From assembly GCA_046154065.1 (NCBI GenBank), contig JBJXEI010000125.1, positions 43,285 through 107,284 of the forward strand: DNA of 64,000 nucleotides, given 5' to 3'. The stretch comes from Polaromonas sp. (GTDB taxonomy: Bacteria; Pseudomonadota; Gammaproteobacteria; Burkholderiales; Burkholderiaceae_C). Below, in pieces: positions 52,378 through 63,851 of the stretch (positions are counted from its first letter, which is position 1; each line of letters opens with the position of its first letter). The notes under the pieces were generated by a model. It saw nothing but the letters and a program-made list of their open reading frames with translations. It had not been told where the DNA came from and ran no database searches. A program made the translations under genes and the position numbers.

Positions 52378-53274
52378 TTAAACCGCCGGGACGACACGAA
52401 GCTGCTGCCAGCCACACCAGCGCTGGCCGGGCTCCAGGAGCACCGGGGTGTTGATGCAGGCGGCTTCGACGCACAGCATGTGCTGGTAGCCGTCAGGCGG
52501 CATGTCGCCCAGGGCCGCGCACCGGCTGGCCCCCGGGTTCCAGACCACCACGTCGGGCAGGGACTTAGACTGCGTGAGCTGGAGCGTGCCGCCCGTGTGC
52601 TGCAGCACCAACGGCGTGGTGACATCGCCATACACCCGGTCGGTTTCCCCAGAAAACGCCAGCGCCTGGTCAGCCTGGGTTGAGACCACGTCCGGCTGCG
52701 CCAGGTGCGCCACGGCGTCCCAGAAGTCACGCCGCGCCAGGCCGTGCAACGTGCAGCCGTCAATGCCATCCACCTGCAAATAGGTGTGCAGCGCCAGCGC
52801 AAAGGGCCAAGGGGCTGCGTCGGTGTTTTCAACGTCGAACTGAACCTGCAGGCTGCCGGGCTGAAGCCGCACGGTCAGCGTGGCGGCAAATGCGTGGGGC
52901 CACAGGGCCAGCGTGTCAGCGTTGCTGTGCAGCACCAGCGTGGCTTGCGCACTGGTGCCGTCGGGCGCAAGTCCCAGGTCCTGCACAGCCCAGGGCTGGG
53001 TGCGGGCAAAACCATGTTTGGCCAGCGGCTGACCGGCCAGCACCCGCTGGTTGAACTGCGGAAAACACAGCGGCACGCCGCCGCGAATGGGTTCGGTGCC
53101 GTCAAACACGGCGGTGGGGCTGAGGTACAAGCGCTCACGCCCATCGGCCGTCAGCCAGGACACCACCTGCGCGCCATGCAGGGCGATCAGCACGGTGTCG
53201 CCCTGGGGCAGGCTCAGTTGGGCGCAGGGTTGGCCCCTGAAGTCGCACAGTTCAGGGGTGGGGGCAACGCGCAT
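52378..53274 (-). CDS. D-hexose-6-phosphate mutarotase (YeaD/aldose 1-epimerase family)
   Basis: [34 protein letters not shown]. Confidence 0.9.
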   Translation of the reverse strand: MRVAPTPELCDFRGQPCAQLSLPQGDTVLIALHGAQVVSWLTADGRERLYLSPTAVFDGTEPIRGGVPLCFPQFNQRVLAGQPLAKHGFARTQPWAVQDLGLAPDGTSAQATLVLHSNADTLALWPHAFAATLTVRLQPGSLQVQFDVENTDAAPWPFALALHTYLQVDGIDGCTLHGLARRDFWDAVAHLAQPDVVSTQADQALAFSGETDRVYGDVTTPLVLQHTGGTLQLTQSKSLPDVVVWNPGASRCAALGDMPPDGYQHMLCVEAACINTPVLLEPGQRWCGWQQLRVVPAV

Positions 53275-53360
53275 GGTGGGAAAACCTTGTGATGGCGGGC
53301 CGGTGGGCCCAAAGCGCGCGGGCATGTATCGCTACAACCGCGCGCAGGGACAGGCCGCGT

Positions 53361-54101
53361 TCAGCCGTTCAGCTCGTCGGCACGCGCTTGTGCCGCTTCA
53401 AAGTCCAGGTCACCGCTGTAGATGGAGCGGCCGCAGATCACGCCTTCGACGCCGTCGTCCTCGACCTCGCACAGCGCTTCGATGTCGGCCATGTTGGACA
53501 GGCCGCCCGAGGCGATCACGGGAATCGTCAAGGCTTGGGCCAGCTTGACGGTGGCCTCCATGTTGATGCCGCTGAGCATGCCGTCGCGGCCGATGTCGGT
53601 GTAGATGACCGACTCGACGCCGAAGTCCTGGAACTTCTTGGCCAGGTCGATCACGTTGTGGCTGGTGATCTTGCTCCAGCCGTCGGTGGCAACCATGCCG
53701 TCTTTGGCGTCCAGGCCCACGATGATGTGGCCGCCGAACGCAGTGCAGGCGTCTTGCAGAAAACCGGGGTTTTTCACGGCGGCGGTGCCGATGATGACGT
53801 AGCGCAGGCCGGCGTCCAGGTAACGCTCGATGGTGTCGAGGTCACGGATGCCGCCACCAAGCTGCACATCGATTTCCAGGCCGACTTCGGCGAGGATTTT
53901 TTTGATGGCCAGCTCGTTTTTGGGTTTGCCCGCAAAGGCCCCGTTCAGGTCCACCAGGTGCAGGCGTCTGGCGCCCTTGTTGACCCAGCTGCGCGCCATG
54001 GCGGCAGGGTCTTCGCTGAAAACGGTGGATTGATCCATGTCGCCCTGTTTGAGGCGAACGCAGTGACCGTCTTTCAGGTCAATCGCGGGGATTAGTAGCA
54101 T
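53361..54101 (-). CDS. hisA: ProFAR isomerase
   Basis: [30 protein letters not shown]. Confidence 0.97.
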   Translation of the reverse strand: MLLIPAIDLKDGHCVRLKQGDMDQSTVFSEDPAAMARSWVNKGARRLHLVDLNGAFAGKPKNELAIKKILAEVGLEIDVQLGGGIRDLDTIERYLDAGLRYVIIGTAAVKNPGFLQDACTAFGGHIIVGLDAKDGMVATDGWSKITSHNVIDLAKKFQDFGVESVIYTDIGRDGMLSGINMEATVKLAQALTIPVIASGGLSNMADIEALCEVEDDGVEGVICGRSIYSGDLDFEAAQARADELNG

Positions 54102-54182
54102 GTGGCAGTCAAAAAAGCGGACAAAACGGGTGGGTGGAGCGCGTTGGCAGGCGCGCGGTGAAGGGGCGGGTTCAGCGGCGAA

Positions 54183-54875
54183 TCAAGGCTTCCAGTTCAG
54201 GAAGTTGCGGTACAGGGCCAGGCCCTGGTCGGCGCTTTTTTCGGGGTGAAACTGCGTGGCGAAAATATTATCGCGTGCAACCGCTGCTGTAAAGCGGCCA
54301 CCGTAGTCGGCAAGGCCTGCGGTGTGGCGCGCATCCGACGGGCGGGCGTAGAAACTGTGCACGAAATAAAAATACGCGCCGTCGGGCACGCCGTCCCAGA
54401 TCGGGTGGCGCGGCTCGGCCTGGTGGACCTGGTTCCAGCCCATCTGCGGCACCTTGTAGCGGCTGCCGTCGGGCTGGGTCAGCCCCGCCAGGTCAAACTT
54501 GATGACCTCACCGGGGATCAGGTTCAGGCCGGGGGTGCCCGCGCCGCCATCGCCGGGCAGGCCCTCGGCGCTGTGGGTCAGCAGCATCTGCATGCCGACG
54601 CACACGCCGAACAGCGGCTTGTGGGCGGCGGCGTGCAGCACGGCGGGCAGCAGGCCGGACTCACGCAGTTCCCGCATGCAGTCGGCCATCGCGCCCTGCC
54701 CTGGCAGCACGATGCGCTCGGCGGCCATCACGTCCTCGGCCCGGGAGGTGACAACCACGTCCAGGCCGCTGCCCTGCGCCACATGCTGCACGGCCTGCGA
54801 GACCGAGCGCAAATTGCCCATGCCGTAGTCCACCACCGCCACTGTTCTGGGTTTGTTCATCACTTGGTTTGCCAT
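54183..54875 (-). CDS. hisH: IGP synthase glutaminase subunit (start 54875 or 54860)
   Basis: [23 protein letters not shown]. Confidence 0.96.
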   Translation of the reverse strand: MANQVMNKPRTVAVVDYGMGNLRSVSQAVQHVAQGSGLDVVVTSRAEDVMAAERIVLPGQGAMADCMRELRESGLLPAVLHAAAHKPLFGVCVGMQMLLTHSAEGLPGDGGAGTPGLNLIPGEVIKFDLAGLTQPDGSRYKVPQMGWNQVHQAEPRHPIWDGVPDGAYFYFVHSFYARPSDARHTAGLADYGGRFTAAVARDNIFATQFHPEKSADQGLALYRNFLNWKP

Positions 54876-54880
54876 CGATA

Positions 54881-54946
54881 TGCTATTGAATGTGTAGCGC
54901 ACCAGGCAATGAAAACCTGGGCTAGGAGCCTAAATGAACTTAAAAA
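54881..54946 (+). repeat. AT-hairpin dispersed repeat, copy H
   Basis: TGCTATTGAATGTGTAGCgcaccaggcaatgaaaacctgggctaggagcctaaatgaacttaa fills the hisB-hisH spacer. Confidence 0.78.
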
Positions 54947-54949
54947 TGT

Positions 54950-55582
54950 TTACAGAGTACCTTTGGTCGATGGAATCACGCCTGCCGCACGCGGGTCGAT
55001 CTCCAGCGCCATGCGCAGGGCGCGGGCAAAGGCCTTGAACACGGTTTCGGCCTGGTGGTGGGCGTTTTCGCCGCGCAGGTTGTCGATGTGCAGCGTGACA
55101 AAGGCGTGGTTCGCAAAGCCCTGGAAAAACTCGTAGGCCAGTTGCGTGTCAAACGCGCCGATGATGCCGGCCTTGAACGGCACATGGAATTCCAGCCCCG
55201 GGCGTCCGGAAAAGTCCACCACCACGCGGCTCAGCGCTTCGTCGAGCGGCACATAGGCGTGGCCGTAACGGCGCAGGCCTTTTTTGTCCCCCACGGCCTG
55301 GGCAAACGCTTGCCCCAGCGTGATGCCCACGTCTTCCACCGTGTGGTGGCCGTCGATGTGCAGGTCGCCGTCGCAGTGGATGTCCAGGTCGATCAGCCCG
55401 TGGCGGGCGATCTGGTCGAGCATGTGGTCAAAAAACCCGATGCCGGTGGACAAGCGCGACTGGCCGGTGCCGTCGAGGTTGAGCTTGACGACGATTTTGG
55501 TCTCGGCCGTGTTGCGGGACACCTCGGCCATGCGCTGGGCGCTGAGCGGGACGATGTTGATGGCGGTTGTCGTGGAGGTCAT
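54950..55582 (-). CDS. hisB: Imidazoleglycerol-phosphate dehydratase
   Basis: FFDHML, HHTVED, NAHHQAE, PSTKG. Confidence 0.96.
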   Translation of the reverse strand: MTSTTTAINIVPLSAQRMAEVSRNTAETKIVVKLNLDGTGQSRLSTGIGFFDHMLDQIARHGLIDLDIHCDGDLHIDGHHTVEDVGITLGQAFAQAVGDKKGLRRYGHAYVPLDEALSRVVVDFSGRPGLEFHVPFKAGIIGAFDTQLAYEFFQGFANHAFVTLHIDNLRGENAHHQAETVFKAFARALRMALEIDPRAAGVIPSTKGTL

Positions 55583-56655
55583 AAAGAGGCTTTCAGGGCA
55601 GCGAGCATGCGTGTATTTTCGTCCTGGGTGCCCACCGTCAGGCGCAGGCAGTTGGCCAGCAGCGGGTGCAGGCTGGACACGTTTTTGACCAGCACGCCCT
55701 GGGCTTTCATGCCCGAAAAGGTGCGGGCCGCGTCTGCCACCCGAATGAGGATCATGTTGGCGTCGCTGGGCCAAACTTTCACGCCGTGCAGGGTCTGCAA
55801 GGCATCCAGCAGCATCGTGCGCTGGGCGATCAAATCCTGGGCCTGCGCGGCAAACACGGTTTGGTGTTCCAGCGCGAACAACGCACATTCGTAGTTGAGC
55901 ACGCTGATGTTGTAGGGCGGACGCACCTTGTCGATCTCGGCAATCAGGGCGCGCGGGCCCATCATGTAGCCCAGCCGCACCCCGGCCAGGCCGAACTTGC
56001 TGAGTGTGCGCATCAGCAGCACGTGGCTGTGCTGGTCGATCCGGTCGATGTAGCTTTTGCTGGCAAACGGCTGATAGGCCTCGTCCATCACCACCAGCCC
56101 GCCCTGCGCGCCGACAGCGTTGATGATGTTTTCGATCGCCCCGTCGTCCCACAGGTTGGCCGTGGGGTTGTTCGGGTAGGCGATGTAGGTGATGGCAGGT
56201 TTGTATTCGGCAATCGCTGCCAGCATGGCCGCTTCGTCCAGTTCAAAATCGGCAGTCAGCGGCACGCCATGAAAGGCCAGGCCCTGCAGCTGTGCGCTCA
56301 TGCCGTACATCACAAAGCCGGGCAGCGGGGCCAGGATGGACGCACCGGGCACGTCACAGGCCATCGCCAGCAGTGCGATCAGCTCGTCCGAACCGTTGCC
56401 CAGCATGATGTCAAACCCGGCGGGCATCTTTGCATAGTCGGCCAGCGCATGGCGCAGGTCATTGACGCGGCCATTCGGGTAACGGTTCAGCGCCAGCGCA
56501 CCCAGGCGCTCTCCGAGCAGCTTTTGCAGCTCGGCAGGCAGACTGTGCGGATTCTCCATCGCGTCCAGCTTGACCATGCCCACCGAGTCCTGAATGGCGT
56601 AGGCGTGCATCGACTGGATGTCCTGGCGAATGCGGCTTTTGAGCAGGGGGGTCAT
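55579..56655 (-). CDS. hisC: Histidinol-phosphate aminotransferase
   Basis: GNGSDE, PNNPT, DEAY, RTLSK.GLAG.R. Confidence 0.95.
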   Translation of the reverse strand: MTPLLKSRIRQDIQSMHAYAIQDSVGMVKLDAMENPHSLPAELQKLLGERLGALALNRYPNGRVNDLRHALADYAKMPAGFDIMLGNGSDELIALLAMACDVPGASILAPLPGFVMYGMSAQLQGLAFHGVPLTADFELDEAAMLAAIAEYKPAITYIAYPNNPTANLWDDGAIENIINAVGAQGGLVVMDEAYQPFASKSYIDRIDQHSHVLLMRTLSKFGLAGVRLGYMMGPRALIAEIDKVRPPYNISVLNYECALFALEHQTVFAAQAQDLIAQRTMLLDALQTLHGVKVWPSDANMILIRVADAARTFSGMKAQGVLVKNVSSLHPLLANCLRLTVGTQDENTRMLAALKASL

Positions 56656-57995
56656 GGGGTGGCTCGCATGGCGGGGACGGGGTTCAGGCGCATCTCGGCA
56701 GCGCGGGCGTGGGCCTGGAGACCCTCACCGTAAGCCAGCTCGGCGGCAATCTTGCCCAGCGTTTGTGCGCCCTGCTCGCTCACCTCAATGAGGCTGCTGC
56801 GCTTTTGAAAGTCGTACACACCCAGGGGGCTGGAAAAGCGTGCGGTGCCGCTGGTGGGCAGCACGTGGTTGGGGCCGGCGCAGTAGTCGCCCAGGCTTTC
56901 ACTGGTGTAGGCACCGAGGAAAATTGCGCCGGCGTGCCGAAGCAGCGGCTCCCAGCGGTGCGGGTCGGTGCTGCTGACTTCGAGGTGCTCGGGCGCAATG
57001 CGGTTGCTGATGGCGCAGGCTTCCTCCATGCTGCGCGTCAAGATCAGCGCGCCGCGCCCGTTGAGCGACTTGGCAATGATCTCGGCGCGCGGCATGGTGG
57101 GCAGCAGACGGTCGATGGCGGCTTGCACGGCGTCGATGTAGGCGGCGTCGGGGCACAACAAAATACTTTGCGCCAGCTCGTCGTGCTCGGCCTGGCTGAA
57201 CAGGTCCATCGCCACCCAGTCAGCGGGGGTGCTGCCATCGGCCAGCACCAGAATTTCGGACGGACCGGCAATCATGTCGATGCCCACGGTGCCAAACACG
57301 CGTTTTTTGGCGCTGGCGACATAGGCGTTGCCGGGGCCGGTGATTTTGTCGACCTTGGGCACGGTGGCGGTGCCGTAAGCCAACGCGGCCACGGCTTGCG
57401 CGCCGCCGATGGTGAAGGCACGTGTCACACCAGCCACATAAGCAGCAGCCAGTACGAGCGCGTTCTTTTCGCCTTTGGGTGTGGGAACGACCATGATGAT
57501 CTCCCCCACCCCGGCGACGTGCGCGGGGATGGCGTTCATCAGCACAGACGACGGGTACGCAGCCTTGCCACCGGGCACGTAGATGCCCACCCGGTCCAGC
57601 GGCGTGACTTTTTGACCCAGCAGCGTGCCGTCCTCGTCGCGGTACTGCCAGCTTTCGCCATTGGCTTTCTTCTGAAACTCGTGGTAGCGGCGTACGCGCT
57701 GGGCGGCAGCCTGAAGCGCGCTCCGCTGGGCGGCGGGAATCGCCTCGAAGGCGGCTTTGAGCTCGGCCTGGGTCAGCTCCAGCGCGGCCATGTCGGGCAC
57801 GTCCAGCCCATCAAACCGGGCGGTGTAGTCCAGCACCGCTGCGTCACCGCGCTGCTGCACGTCGGCCAGGATGTCGGCCACGCGCTGCTCGATAGCAGCA
57901 TCGGTGTCGGCGGACCAGTGCAGACGGGCGGTGAAATCAGCCTCGAAGGTGGCGCTGGCCGTTGACAATCTTGCGGGGGTAGCTACCAAAGTCAT
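56652..57995 (-). CDS. hisD: Histidinol dehydrogenase
   Basis: [31 protein letters not shown]. Confidence 0.97.
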   Translation of the reverse strand: MTLVATPARLSTASATFEADFTARLHWSADTDAAIEQRVADILADVQQRGDAAVLDYTARFDGLDVPDMAALELTQAELKAAFEAIPAAQRSALQAAAQRVRRYHEFQKKANGESWQYRDEDGTLLGQKVTPLDRVGIYVPGGKAAYPSSVLMNAIPAHVAGVGEIIMVVPTPKGEKNALVLAAAYVAGVTRAFTIGGAQAVAALAYGTATVPKVDKITGPGNAYVASAKKRVFGTVGIDMIAGPSEILVLADGSTPADWVAMDLFSQAEHDELAQSILLCPDAAYIDAVQAAIDRLLPTMPRAEIIAKSLNGRGALILTRSMEEACAISNRIAPEHLEVSSTDPHRWEPLLRHAGAIFLGAYTSESLGDYCAGPNHVLPTSGTARFSSPLGVYDFQKRSSLIEVSEQGAQTLGKIAAELAYGEGLQAHARAAEMRLNPVPAMRATP

Positions 57996-58000
57996 AGCAA

Positions 58001-58672
58001 TCAGGTGTTGGAAGTATCGGCAATAACAGGGTTGGCCGCCGACACCGCCGAGGCAAACGCGTCGATGATGCGGCGAATCGGGGCCTGGTTGAGCTTGAGC
58101 GCGGTCTGGTTCACGACCAGGTGCGAGCTGATGTTAAGGATGCGCTCGACCTCGACCAGGTGGTTGGCGCGCAGCGTGTTGCCGGTGGACACCAGGTCCA
58201 CAATTGCGTCGGCCAGCCCCGTCAACGGGGCCAGTTCCATGCTGCCGTACAGCTTGATCAGGTCCACGTGCACGCCCTTGGAGGCAAAAAAGTCACGTGC
58301 AATCGCCACGTACTTGGTGGCCACTTTCAGGCGGGAACCCTGTTTGATGGCGCGGGCGTAGTCGAAGCCGTCACGCACGGCCACGCTGATGCGGCATTTG
58401 GCGATCTGCAGGTCCAGCGGGGTGTACAGGCCCTCGGTGCTGGATTCGAGCAGCGTGTCTTTGCCCACCACGCCCATGTCAGCGCCGCCGTACTGCACGT
58501 AGGTGGGCACGTCGGTGGGGCGCACCAGCAGCACGCGCACATCGGCCTGGTTGGTGTCCAAAATCAGCTTGCGGGACTTTTCAGGGTCGTCCAGCACCTC
58601 GATGCCAGCACTTTTGAGCAGCGGCAGGATGTCGTCAAAAATTCGACCCTTGGACAGTGCAATGGTGATCAT
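58001..58672 (-). CDS. hisG: ATP phosphoribosyltransferase, short form
   Basis: [28 protein letters not shown]; no C-terminal regulatory domain. Confidence 0.96.
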   Translation of the reverse strand: MITIALSKGRIFDDILPLLKSAGIEVLDDPEKSRKLILDTNQADVRVLLVRPTDVPTYVQYGGADMGVVGKDTLLESSTEGLYTPLDLQIAKCRISVAVRDGFDYARAIKQGSRLKVATKYVAIARDFFASKGVHVDLIKLYGSMELAPLTGLADAIVDLVSTGNTLRANHLVEVERILNISSHLVVNQTALKLNQAPIRRIIDAFASAVSAANPVIADTSNT

Positions 58673-59943
58673 GCTTTGACTCGCTCTATCGACGCACCAA
58701 TGCCGCGCAGCTTGGCTTCCATCTGGTCGTAACCCCGGTCCAGGTGGTAGATGCGGTCCACCAGCGTTTCGCCCTGCGCCACCAAGCCGGCAATCACCAG
58801 GCTGGCCGAGGCGCGCAAATCGGTGGCCATGACGGTGGCCCCCGAGAGTTTTTCAACGCCTTCCATCACCGCCACCTTGCCTTCGATGTGGATCTTGGCG
58901 CCCAGGCGCACCATCTCGTTGACGTGCATGAAGCGGTTTTCAAAAATCGTTTCAGTCACCGTGCTGGCACCCATTGCTATCGCATTGAGCGCCATGAACT
59001 GCGCCTGCATGTCGGTGGGGAAGCCCGGGTATTCGGTGGTGCGAAAAGACTGTGCCTTCAAACGGCCGGCAGACTGCACCCGAATGAAGCCGTCGCCCGC
59101 CGTGATGACCGCGCCCGCTTCGCGCAGCTTGTCAATCACCGCGTCCAGGTGGTCGGCGCGCCCGTGCTGCAGCACCACGTCACCGCCCGTGGCGGCCACC
59201 GCGCACAAAAAGGTACCGGCCTCGATGCGATCGGCCACGACCTGGTGGGTGCAGCCGTGCAGGCGCTCCACGCCCTGAATGCGGATGCGCCGTGTGCCGT
59301 GGCCTTCGATCTGTGCGCCCATCTTGATGAGCATCTCGGCCAGGTCGCCAATTTCAGGCTCCTGCGCGGCATTTTCCAAGATGGTTTCACCTTCGGCCAG
59401 CGTGGCGGCCATCAGGAAATTTTCAGTGCCCGTGACGGTCACCATGTCGGTGGTGATGTGGCAGCCTTTGAGGCGCGTGCGCCCTGCGGGCAGCTTGGCG
59501 ATCATGTAGCCGTGTTCGACCACGATGTCGGCCCCCATGGCCTGCATACCCTTGATGTGCTGGTCCACCGGCCGCGAGCCGATCGCACAGCCGCCGGGCA
59601 AGGACACGGTGGCCTCCCCAAAACGCGCCAGCAAAGGACCCAGCGCCAGCACCGACGCACGCATGGTTTTCACCAGTTCGTACGGCGCTTCCGGCGAGGT
59701 GAGCGCACCGGCATTCAGCGTCACGGTGCTGCTGACTGCCGCGTCACGCTCGGCGGTCACGCCCATGTTGCGGATCAGCTTGAGCATGGTCGCCACGTCC
59801 TGCAGGCCGGGCACGTTTTGCAGCGTCACGGTGTCGGCGGTCAGCAGTGCCGCGCACAGCTCGGGCAGGGCGGCATTTTTAGCGCCAGAAATCGTGACAG
59901 AACCCGCCAGCGGGTTGCCGCCTTTGATCAATAACTTGTCCAT
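58669..59943 (-). CDS. murA: UDP-N-acetylglucosamine 1-carboxyvinyltransferase
   Basis: [30 protein letters not shown]. Confidence 0.97.
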   Translation of the reverse strand: MDKLLIKGGNPLAGSVTISGAKNAALPELCAALLTADTVTLQNVPGLQDVATMLKLIRNMGVTAERDAAVSSTVTLNAGALTSPEAPYELVKTMRASVLALGPLLARFGEATVSLPGGCAIGSRPVDQHIKGMQAMGADIVVEHGYMIAKLPAGRTRLKGCHITTDMVTVTGTENFLMAATLAEGETILENAAQEPEIGDLAEMLIKMGAQIEGHGTRRIRIQGVERLHGCTHQVVADRIEAGTFLCAVAATGGDVVLQHGRADHLDAVIDKLREAGAVITAGDGFIRVQSAGRLKAQSFRTTEYPGFPTDMQAQFMALNAIAMGASTVTETIFENRFMHVNEMVRLGAKIHIEGKVAVMEGVEKLSGATVMATDLRASASLVIAGLVAQGETLVDRIYHLDRGYDQMEAKLRGIGASIERVKA

Positions 59944-59953
59944 TTTTTTTGTT

Positions 59954-60220
59954 TTAAGTGTTGGCGGTGTTGGAAGAATTAGCGGCATGAACAGCCCATT
60001 CAGCGGGCGTGTAGGTTTTCATCGACAAGGCATGGACCTCATCGGTCTGGATGCGGCCTCCCAAAGCGGCGTACACCTTCTGGTGCCGCTGGATCAGGCG
60101 CTGGCCTTCAAACGACGGCGACACGATGGTGGCGTACCAGTGCCGGCCGTCACCTGACAGTTCCAGGTGGTCGCAGGCCAGGCCTGCGGCAATGATGGCG
60201 TGAAGTTCTTCGCGGGTCAT
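59954..60220 (-). CDS. BolA/IbaG family protein
   Basis: GDGRH, IVS..F.G..LIQRHQ.VY, HALS. Confidence 0.9.
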   Translation of the reverse strand: MTREELHAIIAAGLACDHLELSGDGRHWYATIVSPSFEGQRLIQRHQKVYAALGGRIQTDEVHALSMKTYTPAEWAVHAANSSNTANT

Positions 60221-60240
60221 AAAGTCAATCGTTGGAGGGG

Positions 60241-60996
60241 CTAATGTCGGATTTTGTAGCCAGTGCGCAGCATGTTCACCGCGATGGCGCTGACCACCGC
60301 CAGCGCAGCACCCACGATGGCCAGGCTGAGCCACGGTGACACGTCGCTGACACCAAAAAAGCCGTAGCGGAAGCCGTCAATCATGTAGAAAAACGGGTTG
60401 AGGTGGCTGACGGTTTGCCAGAACGGCGGCAGGGAATGAATGGAGTAAAACACGCCGCTCAGGAAGGTCATGGGCATGATGACGAAGTTCTGGAACGCGG
60501 CCATCTGGTCAAATTTTTCAGACCACAGCCCGGCAATCACACCCAGCGCGCCCATCAGCGCGGCGCCCAGCACGGCAAACACCACGATCCACAGCGGTGC
60601 GACAAATCCGGGCTGGCCGAAGTACACCGTGACGGCAAACACACCCAGGCCAACCAGCAAACCCCGGGCGATGGACGAGCCCACATAGGCAAAAAACCAA
60701 TGCCAATGAGACAACGGCGTGAGCAGCACAAACACCAGGCTGCCCATGATCTTGCTTTGAATCAGCGACGAGGAGCTGTTGGCAAACGCGTTTTGCAACA
60801 CACTCATCATGACCAGGCCAGGCACCAGAAAAGCCGTGTAGCTGACCTGCCCGTAGACCTTGACCTGGTCCTGCAGCACATGGCCAAAGATCAGCATGTA
60901 CATCACGGCGGTCAGCACGGGCGCGCCAACCGTCTGAAAACCAACTTTCCAGAAACGCAGCGTTTCTTTGTAAAACAGGGTTTGCCAGCCGGTCAT
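60241..60996 (-). CDS. ABC-2 type permease (YadH-like)
   Basis: FLVPGLVMM, PMTFLSGVFY, NPFFYMIDGFRY. Confidence 0.9.
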   Translation of the reverse strand: MTGWQTLFYKETLRFWKVGFQTVGAPVLTAVMYMLIFGHVLQDQVKVYGQVSYTAFLVPGLVMMSVLQNAFANSSSSLIQSKIMGSLVFVLLTPLSHWHWFFAYVGSSIARGLLVGLGVFAVTVYFGQPGFVAPLWIVVFAVLGAALMGALGVIAGLWSEKFDQMAAFQNFVIMPMTFLSGVFYSIHSLPPFWQTVSHLNPFFYMIDGFRYGFFGVSDVSPWLSLAIVGAALAVVSAIAVNMLRTGYKIRH

Positions 60997-61922
60997 TTTG
61001 AAGCTCCCGCTGCGCCGGCCATGACTTCCAAGAACACATCTTCCAAGTCAGCCTTTCGAATTTCGACATCTTGCGCGACCAAGCCGGCTTCACGCACAGC
61101 GGCCAGGTACTGCTCGATCTCGTGCGCGTTGTGCGCCGGAAACTGCACGATGCGGCCGGTGATCCGGGCCTGGTCGGCCAGATGTTGGGGCAGCTCGCTG
61201 TCGATTTTGAAACGCAGCACGTTGGACGACGCGGCACTGAGCAGCTCGGAGGTTTGCGCCAACGCCACCACCCGCCCCTGCTTGAGCATGGCGATGCGGC
61301 TGCAAAGCGCCTCGGCCTCTTCCAGGTAGTGGGTCGTCAGCAGCACGGTGCTACCTTGTTTGTTGAGCTTGGCGATGAACTGCCACAGGGTTTGCCGCAA
61401 CTCGACGTCCACCCCGGCAGTCGGCTCGTCCAGCACGATGACCTGCGGCTTGTGGACCAGCGCCTGCGCGACCAGCACGCGGCGCTTCATGCCGCCCGAC
61501 AATTGGCGCATGTTGGCATTGGCTTTGTCCGTCAGGCCCAGGCTGTCCAGCAGCTCGTCGATCCAGGCGTCGTTTTTGGGAATGCCGAAATAACCTGACT
61601 GGATGCGCAGCGCTTCACGAACCGTGAAGAACGGGTCAAACACCAGCTCTTGCGGCACCACACCCAGCAGGCGCCTGGCTTGGGCGTAGTCGGTGACGAC
61701 ATCATGGCCGTGAACCAGAACCTGCCCGGACGAGGCCCGTGACAAGCCGGCCAAAATGCTGATCAGAGAGGTTTTACCTGCGCCGTTGGGGCCGAGCAGG
61801 CCAAAAAATTCACCGGCCTGGATGTCAAAACTCACATCATCCAGGGCATGAACAACGGGGTCTGTGCTTCGCTGGTGGGTGGAGTAGGTTTTGGAGACGC
61901 GTTGAAATGAGATGGCTGGCAT
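60993..61922 (-). CDS. ABC transporter ATP-binding protein (YadG-like)
   Basis: GPNGAGKT, LSGGMKRR, LDEPTAGVD. Confidence 0.92.
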   Translation of the reverse strand: MPAISFQRVSKTYSTHQRSTDPVVHALDDVSFDIQAGEFFGLLGPNGAGKTSLISILAGLSRASSGQVLVHGHDVVTDYAQARRLLGVVPQELVFDPFFTVREALRIQSGYFGIPKNDAWIDELLDSLGLTDKANANMRQLSGGMKRRVLVAQALVHKPQVIVLDEPTAGVDVELRQTLWQFIAKLNKQGSTVLLTTHYLEEAEALCSRIAMLKQGRVVALAQTSELLSAASSNVLRFKIDSELPQHLADQARITGRIVQFPAHNAHEIEQYLAAVREAGLVAQDVEIRKADLEDVFLEVMAGAAGASK

Positions 61923-62011
61923 GAGCCGCTTATTTTAAGGGCTGATGCCGGGAGGCCCGGACAGGGCTGGCCAAAACCCGACGCACGGTGTGGCGCGGGC
62001 CAGCGCCTCCC

Positions 62012-62314
62012 TCAAGAAGTGCGGACCAAGGGCGCAGAGGTCCCTGAGATGAGGTCAGCCACGCCATACAACGTCGCGAGTTGCACCAGCCGCTGGGGCG
62101 CACCTGTCACGGTGAAGGACTGGCCCGCCGCCAGGGCCTGCCTGCGGCAGTCCAGCAGCACAGCCAGCGCGGAGGAGTCAAATTGGGCCAAGTCGCTGGC
62201 GTCCACCGTCATGGGGCCCCCACCAGACGGCTGCACCGCTTGCGCTGCAGCCGACGTGATGCTGGACGCCACGTCATGGGTCAATGAACGGGGCAGCCGC
62301 AGCGCGCCTGGCAT
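62012..62314 (-). CDS. mlaB: STAS domain protein, MlaB-like
   Basis: FDSSALAVLL, LATLYGV; mla gene context. Confidence 0.8.
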   Translation of the reverse strand: MPGALRLPRSLTHDVASSITSAAAQAVQPSGGGPMTVDASDLAQFDSSALAVLLDCRRQALAAGQSFTVTGAPQRLVQLATLYGVADLISGTSAPLVRTS

Positions 62315-62319
62315 GGCGG

Positions 62320-62961
62320 TCAAGATTTTTTGTCGCCCGCGTTGGACTTGTTGCGCTGCACCAGCGAGGCGATCAGGCCGTCCACGCCTTTGGTGCTGAT
62401 TTCCTGCGCGAACTGGGTGCGATAGGTTTCCACCAGCCACACGCCCAGCACGTTCAGGTCATAAATTTTCCAGCCAGTGGCGGTTTTTTCCATGCGGTAG
62501 TCGAGCTGGATCGGGTCACCCCGGCCCAGCACCTCGCTGCGCACCACCAGCTCGGTCTCTCCGGCTGCCGCACGCAAGGGCTTGACGTTGACGCTCTGGT
62601 CTTTGACCTGCGCCAGTGCACCCGAGTAGGTGCGGATCAGCAGGATCTTGAACTCTTCCTGCAAGCGCTTTTGCTGCTCAGGCGTGGCCTGGCGCCAGTT
62701 GCGGCCGACAGCAGAAGCCGTCATGCGGACAAAGTTCACATGCGGGATGATCTTGCTGTCCACCAGCGAGATGACGCGGCTCGTTTCACCGGCCTGCACA
62801 GCCTTGTCGGACTTGATGCTTTCCAGCACGTCCGAAGACACGCGTTTGATCAATACATCCGGGGCCTCTTCCTGGGCTTGCGCCAGCGCCCACGGCGTGG
62901 ATGCCAGCAGCGCGAGGGTCAGAGTGGCGGTGGCCCAACGGCCCAAAATTCTACGGTTCAT
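62320..62961 (-). CDS. mlaC: Phospholipid-binding periplasmic protein
   Basis: LIRTYSGAL, WKIYDLNVLGVWLV..YR.QF. Confidence 0.92.
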   Translation of the reverse strand: MNRRILGRWATATLTLALLASTPWALAQAQEEAPDVLIKRVSSDVLESIKSDKAVQAGETSRVISLVDSKIIPHVNFVRMTASAVGRNWRQATPEQQKRLQEEFKILLIRTYSGALAQVKDQSVNVKPLRAAAGETELVVRSEVLGRGDPIQLDYRMEKTATGWKIYDLNVLGVWLVETYRTQFAQEISTKGVDGLIASLVQRNKSNAGDKKS

Positions 62962-63077
62962 GGTGCTTCCTTTGTCAACGTGACATGCCACTTGAGGGCA
63001 GGTCACCCGTTTTTACAGCCCGGTGCAAGGTCAGGCTGTGAAGTTTTAATGCCTCAATGTAAAGCTGATGGCGAATG

Positions 63078-63851
63078 CTACTTGCTCGCAGCCGGGGGAG
63101 TGGCCGCTTCTGCGGCCGCTTCCGGCAGGTCAAAACGCTCTTCCTTTTCATTGGGGTTGCGGCCCACCAGGCTGCGGCGGCGCTGCAGATGGATTTCACG
63201 GGCGAACGAGTACTTGTCCAGAGAGGCCTCTTCAAGCAAGTCGCCGGCGTCCAGCAAACGTGCGCGGATGTTGACGGCTCGGGTGGCCGTCAGGGTGTTG
63301 CGCACAGGCACGTTGCCAACCGCAGAGACGGCGTCGCCCTGCGTGTCAACGATCAAGGCGGCGGTGTCACGCACCGTTGAAGGGCCGAGCACCGGCAGTA
63401 CCAGGTAGGGCCCGGATGGCACACCCCAATGGCCCAACGTCTGGCCAAAGTCTTCCGAGTGACGGGGAATGCGGGCTTCACCCGCCACGTCCAGAAGACC
63501 GCCCAAACCAAACAGCGTATTCACGGTGACGCGAAACAGGCTGTCCAGCGCGAACTCGGGTTTGGCCTGCAGCGCGTTGTTCACGGCGGACCAGGCGTCC
63601 GAGACATTGCCGAAAAAGTTCGTCACGCCCGTGCGGATGGGCGAGGGGGTGACGTCGCGGTACACCGTGGCCACGGGCTTGATCACCGCCATGTCCACTT
63701 TGTCGTTGAAGCTGAACACGGAGCGGTTGAAGGACTCAAAAGGGTCCGCCGGGTTGCCGCCAGGGGCCGTGGCACAGCCTTGCAGCAAAGCCAGCATCAC
63801 AGCGGCAGTGGCCCACATGGCTGGGCGTCGGAAAGAGGTGGTTCGTGTCAT
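63078..63851 (-). CDS. mlaA: VacJ/MlaA lipoprotein
   Basis: Lipobox LQGC, DPFESFNR, EDFGQTLG.WG...GPYLVLP.LGPST.RD. Confidence 0.94.
   Translation of the reverse strand: MTRTTSFRRPAMWATAAVMLALLQGCATAPGGNPADPFESFNRSVFSFNDKVDMAVIKPVATVYRDVTPSPIRTGVTNFFGNVSDAWSAVNNALQAKPEFALDSLFRVTVNTLFGLGGLLDVAGEARIPRHSEDFGQTLGHWGVPSGPYLVLPVLGPSTVRDTAALIVDTQGDAVSAVGNVPVRNTLTATRAVNIRARLLDAGDLLEEASLDKYSFAREIHLQRRRSLVGRNPNEKEERFDLPEAAAEAATPPAASK

Noticed and set aside
4727-54946. AT-hairpin repeats as a CRISPR array
   Set aside because: Copies are dispersed kilobases apart, degenerate and in both orientations, with no regular spacers.
55583-56152. Apparent 400 aa HisB with a long N-terminal extension
   Set aside because: The extension overlaps hisC in another frame; the real start is the ATG at 55582, giving monofunctional HisB.
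58001-58672. HisG lacking the regulatory domain as a possible truncation
   Set aside because: Normal short-form HisG, which works with HisZ encoded elsewhere.
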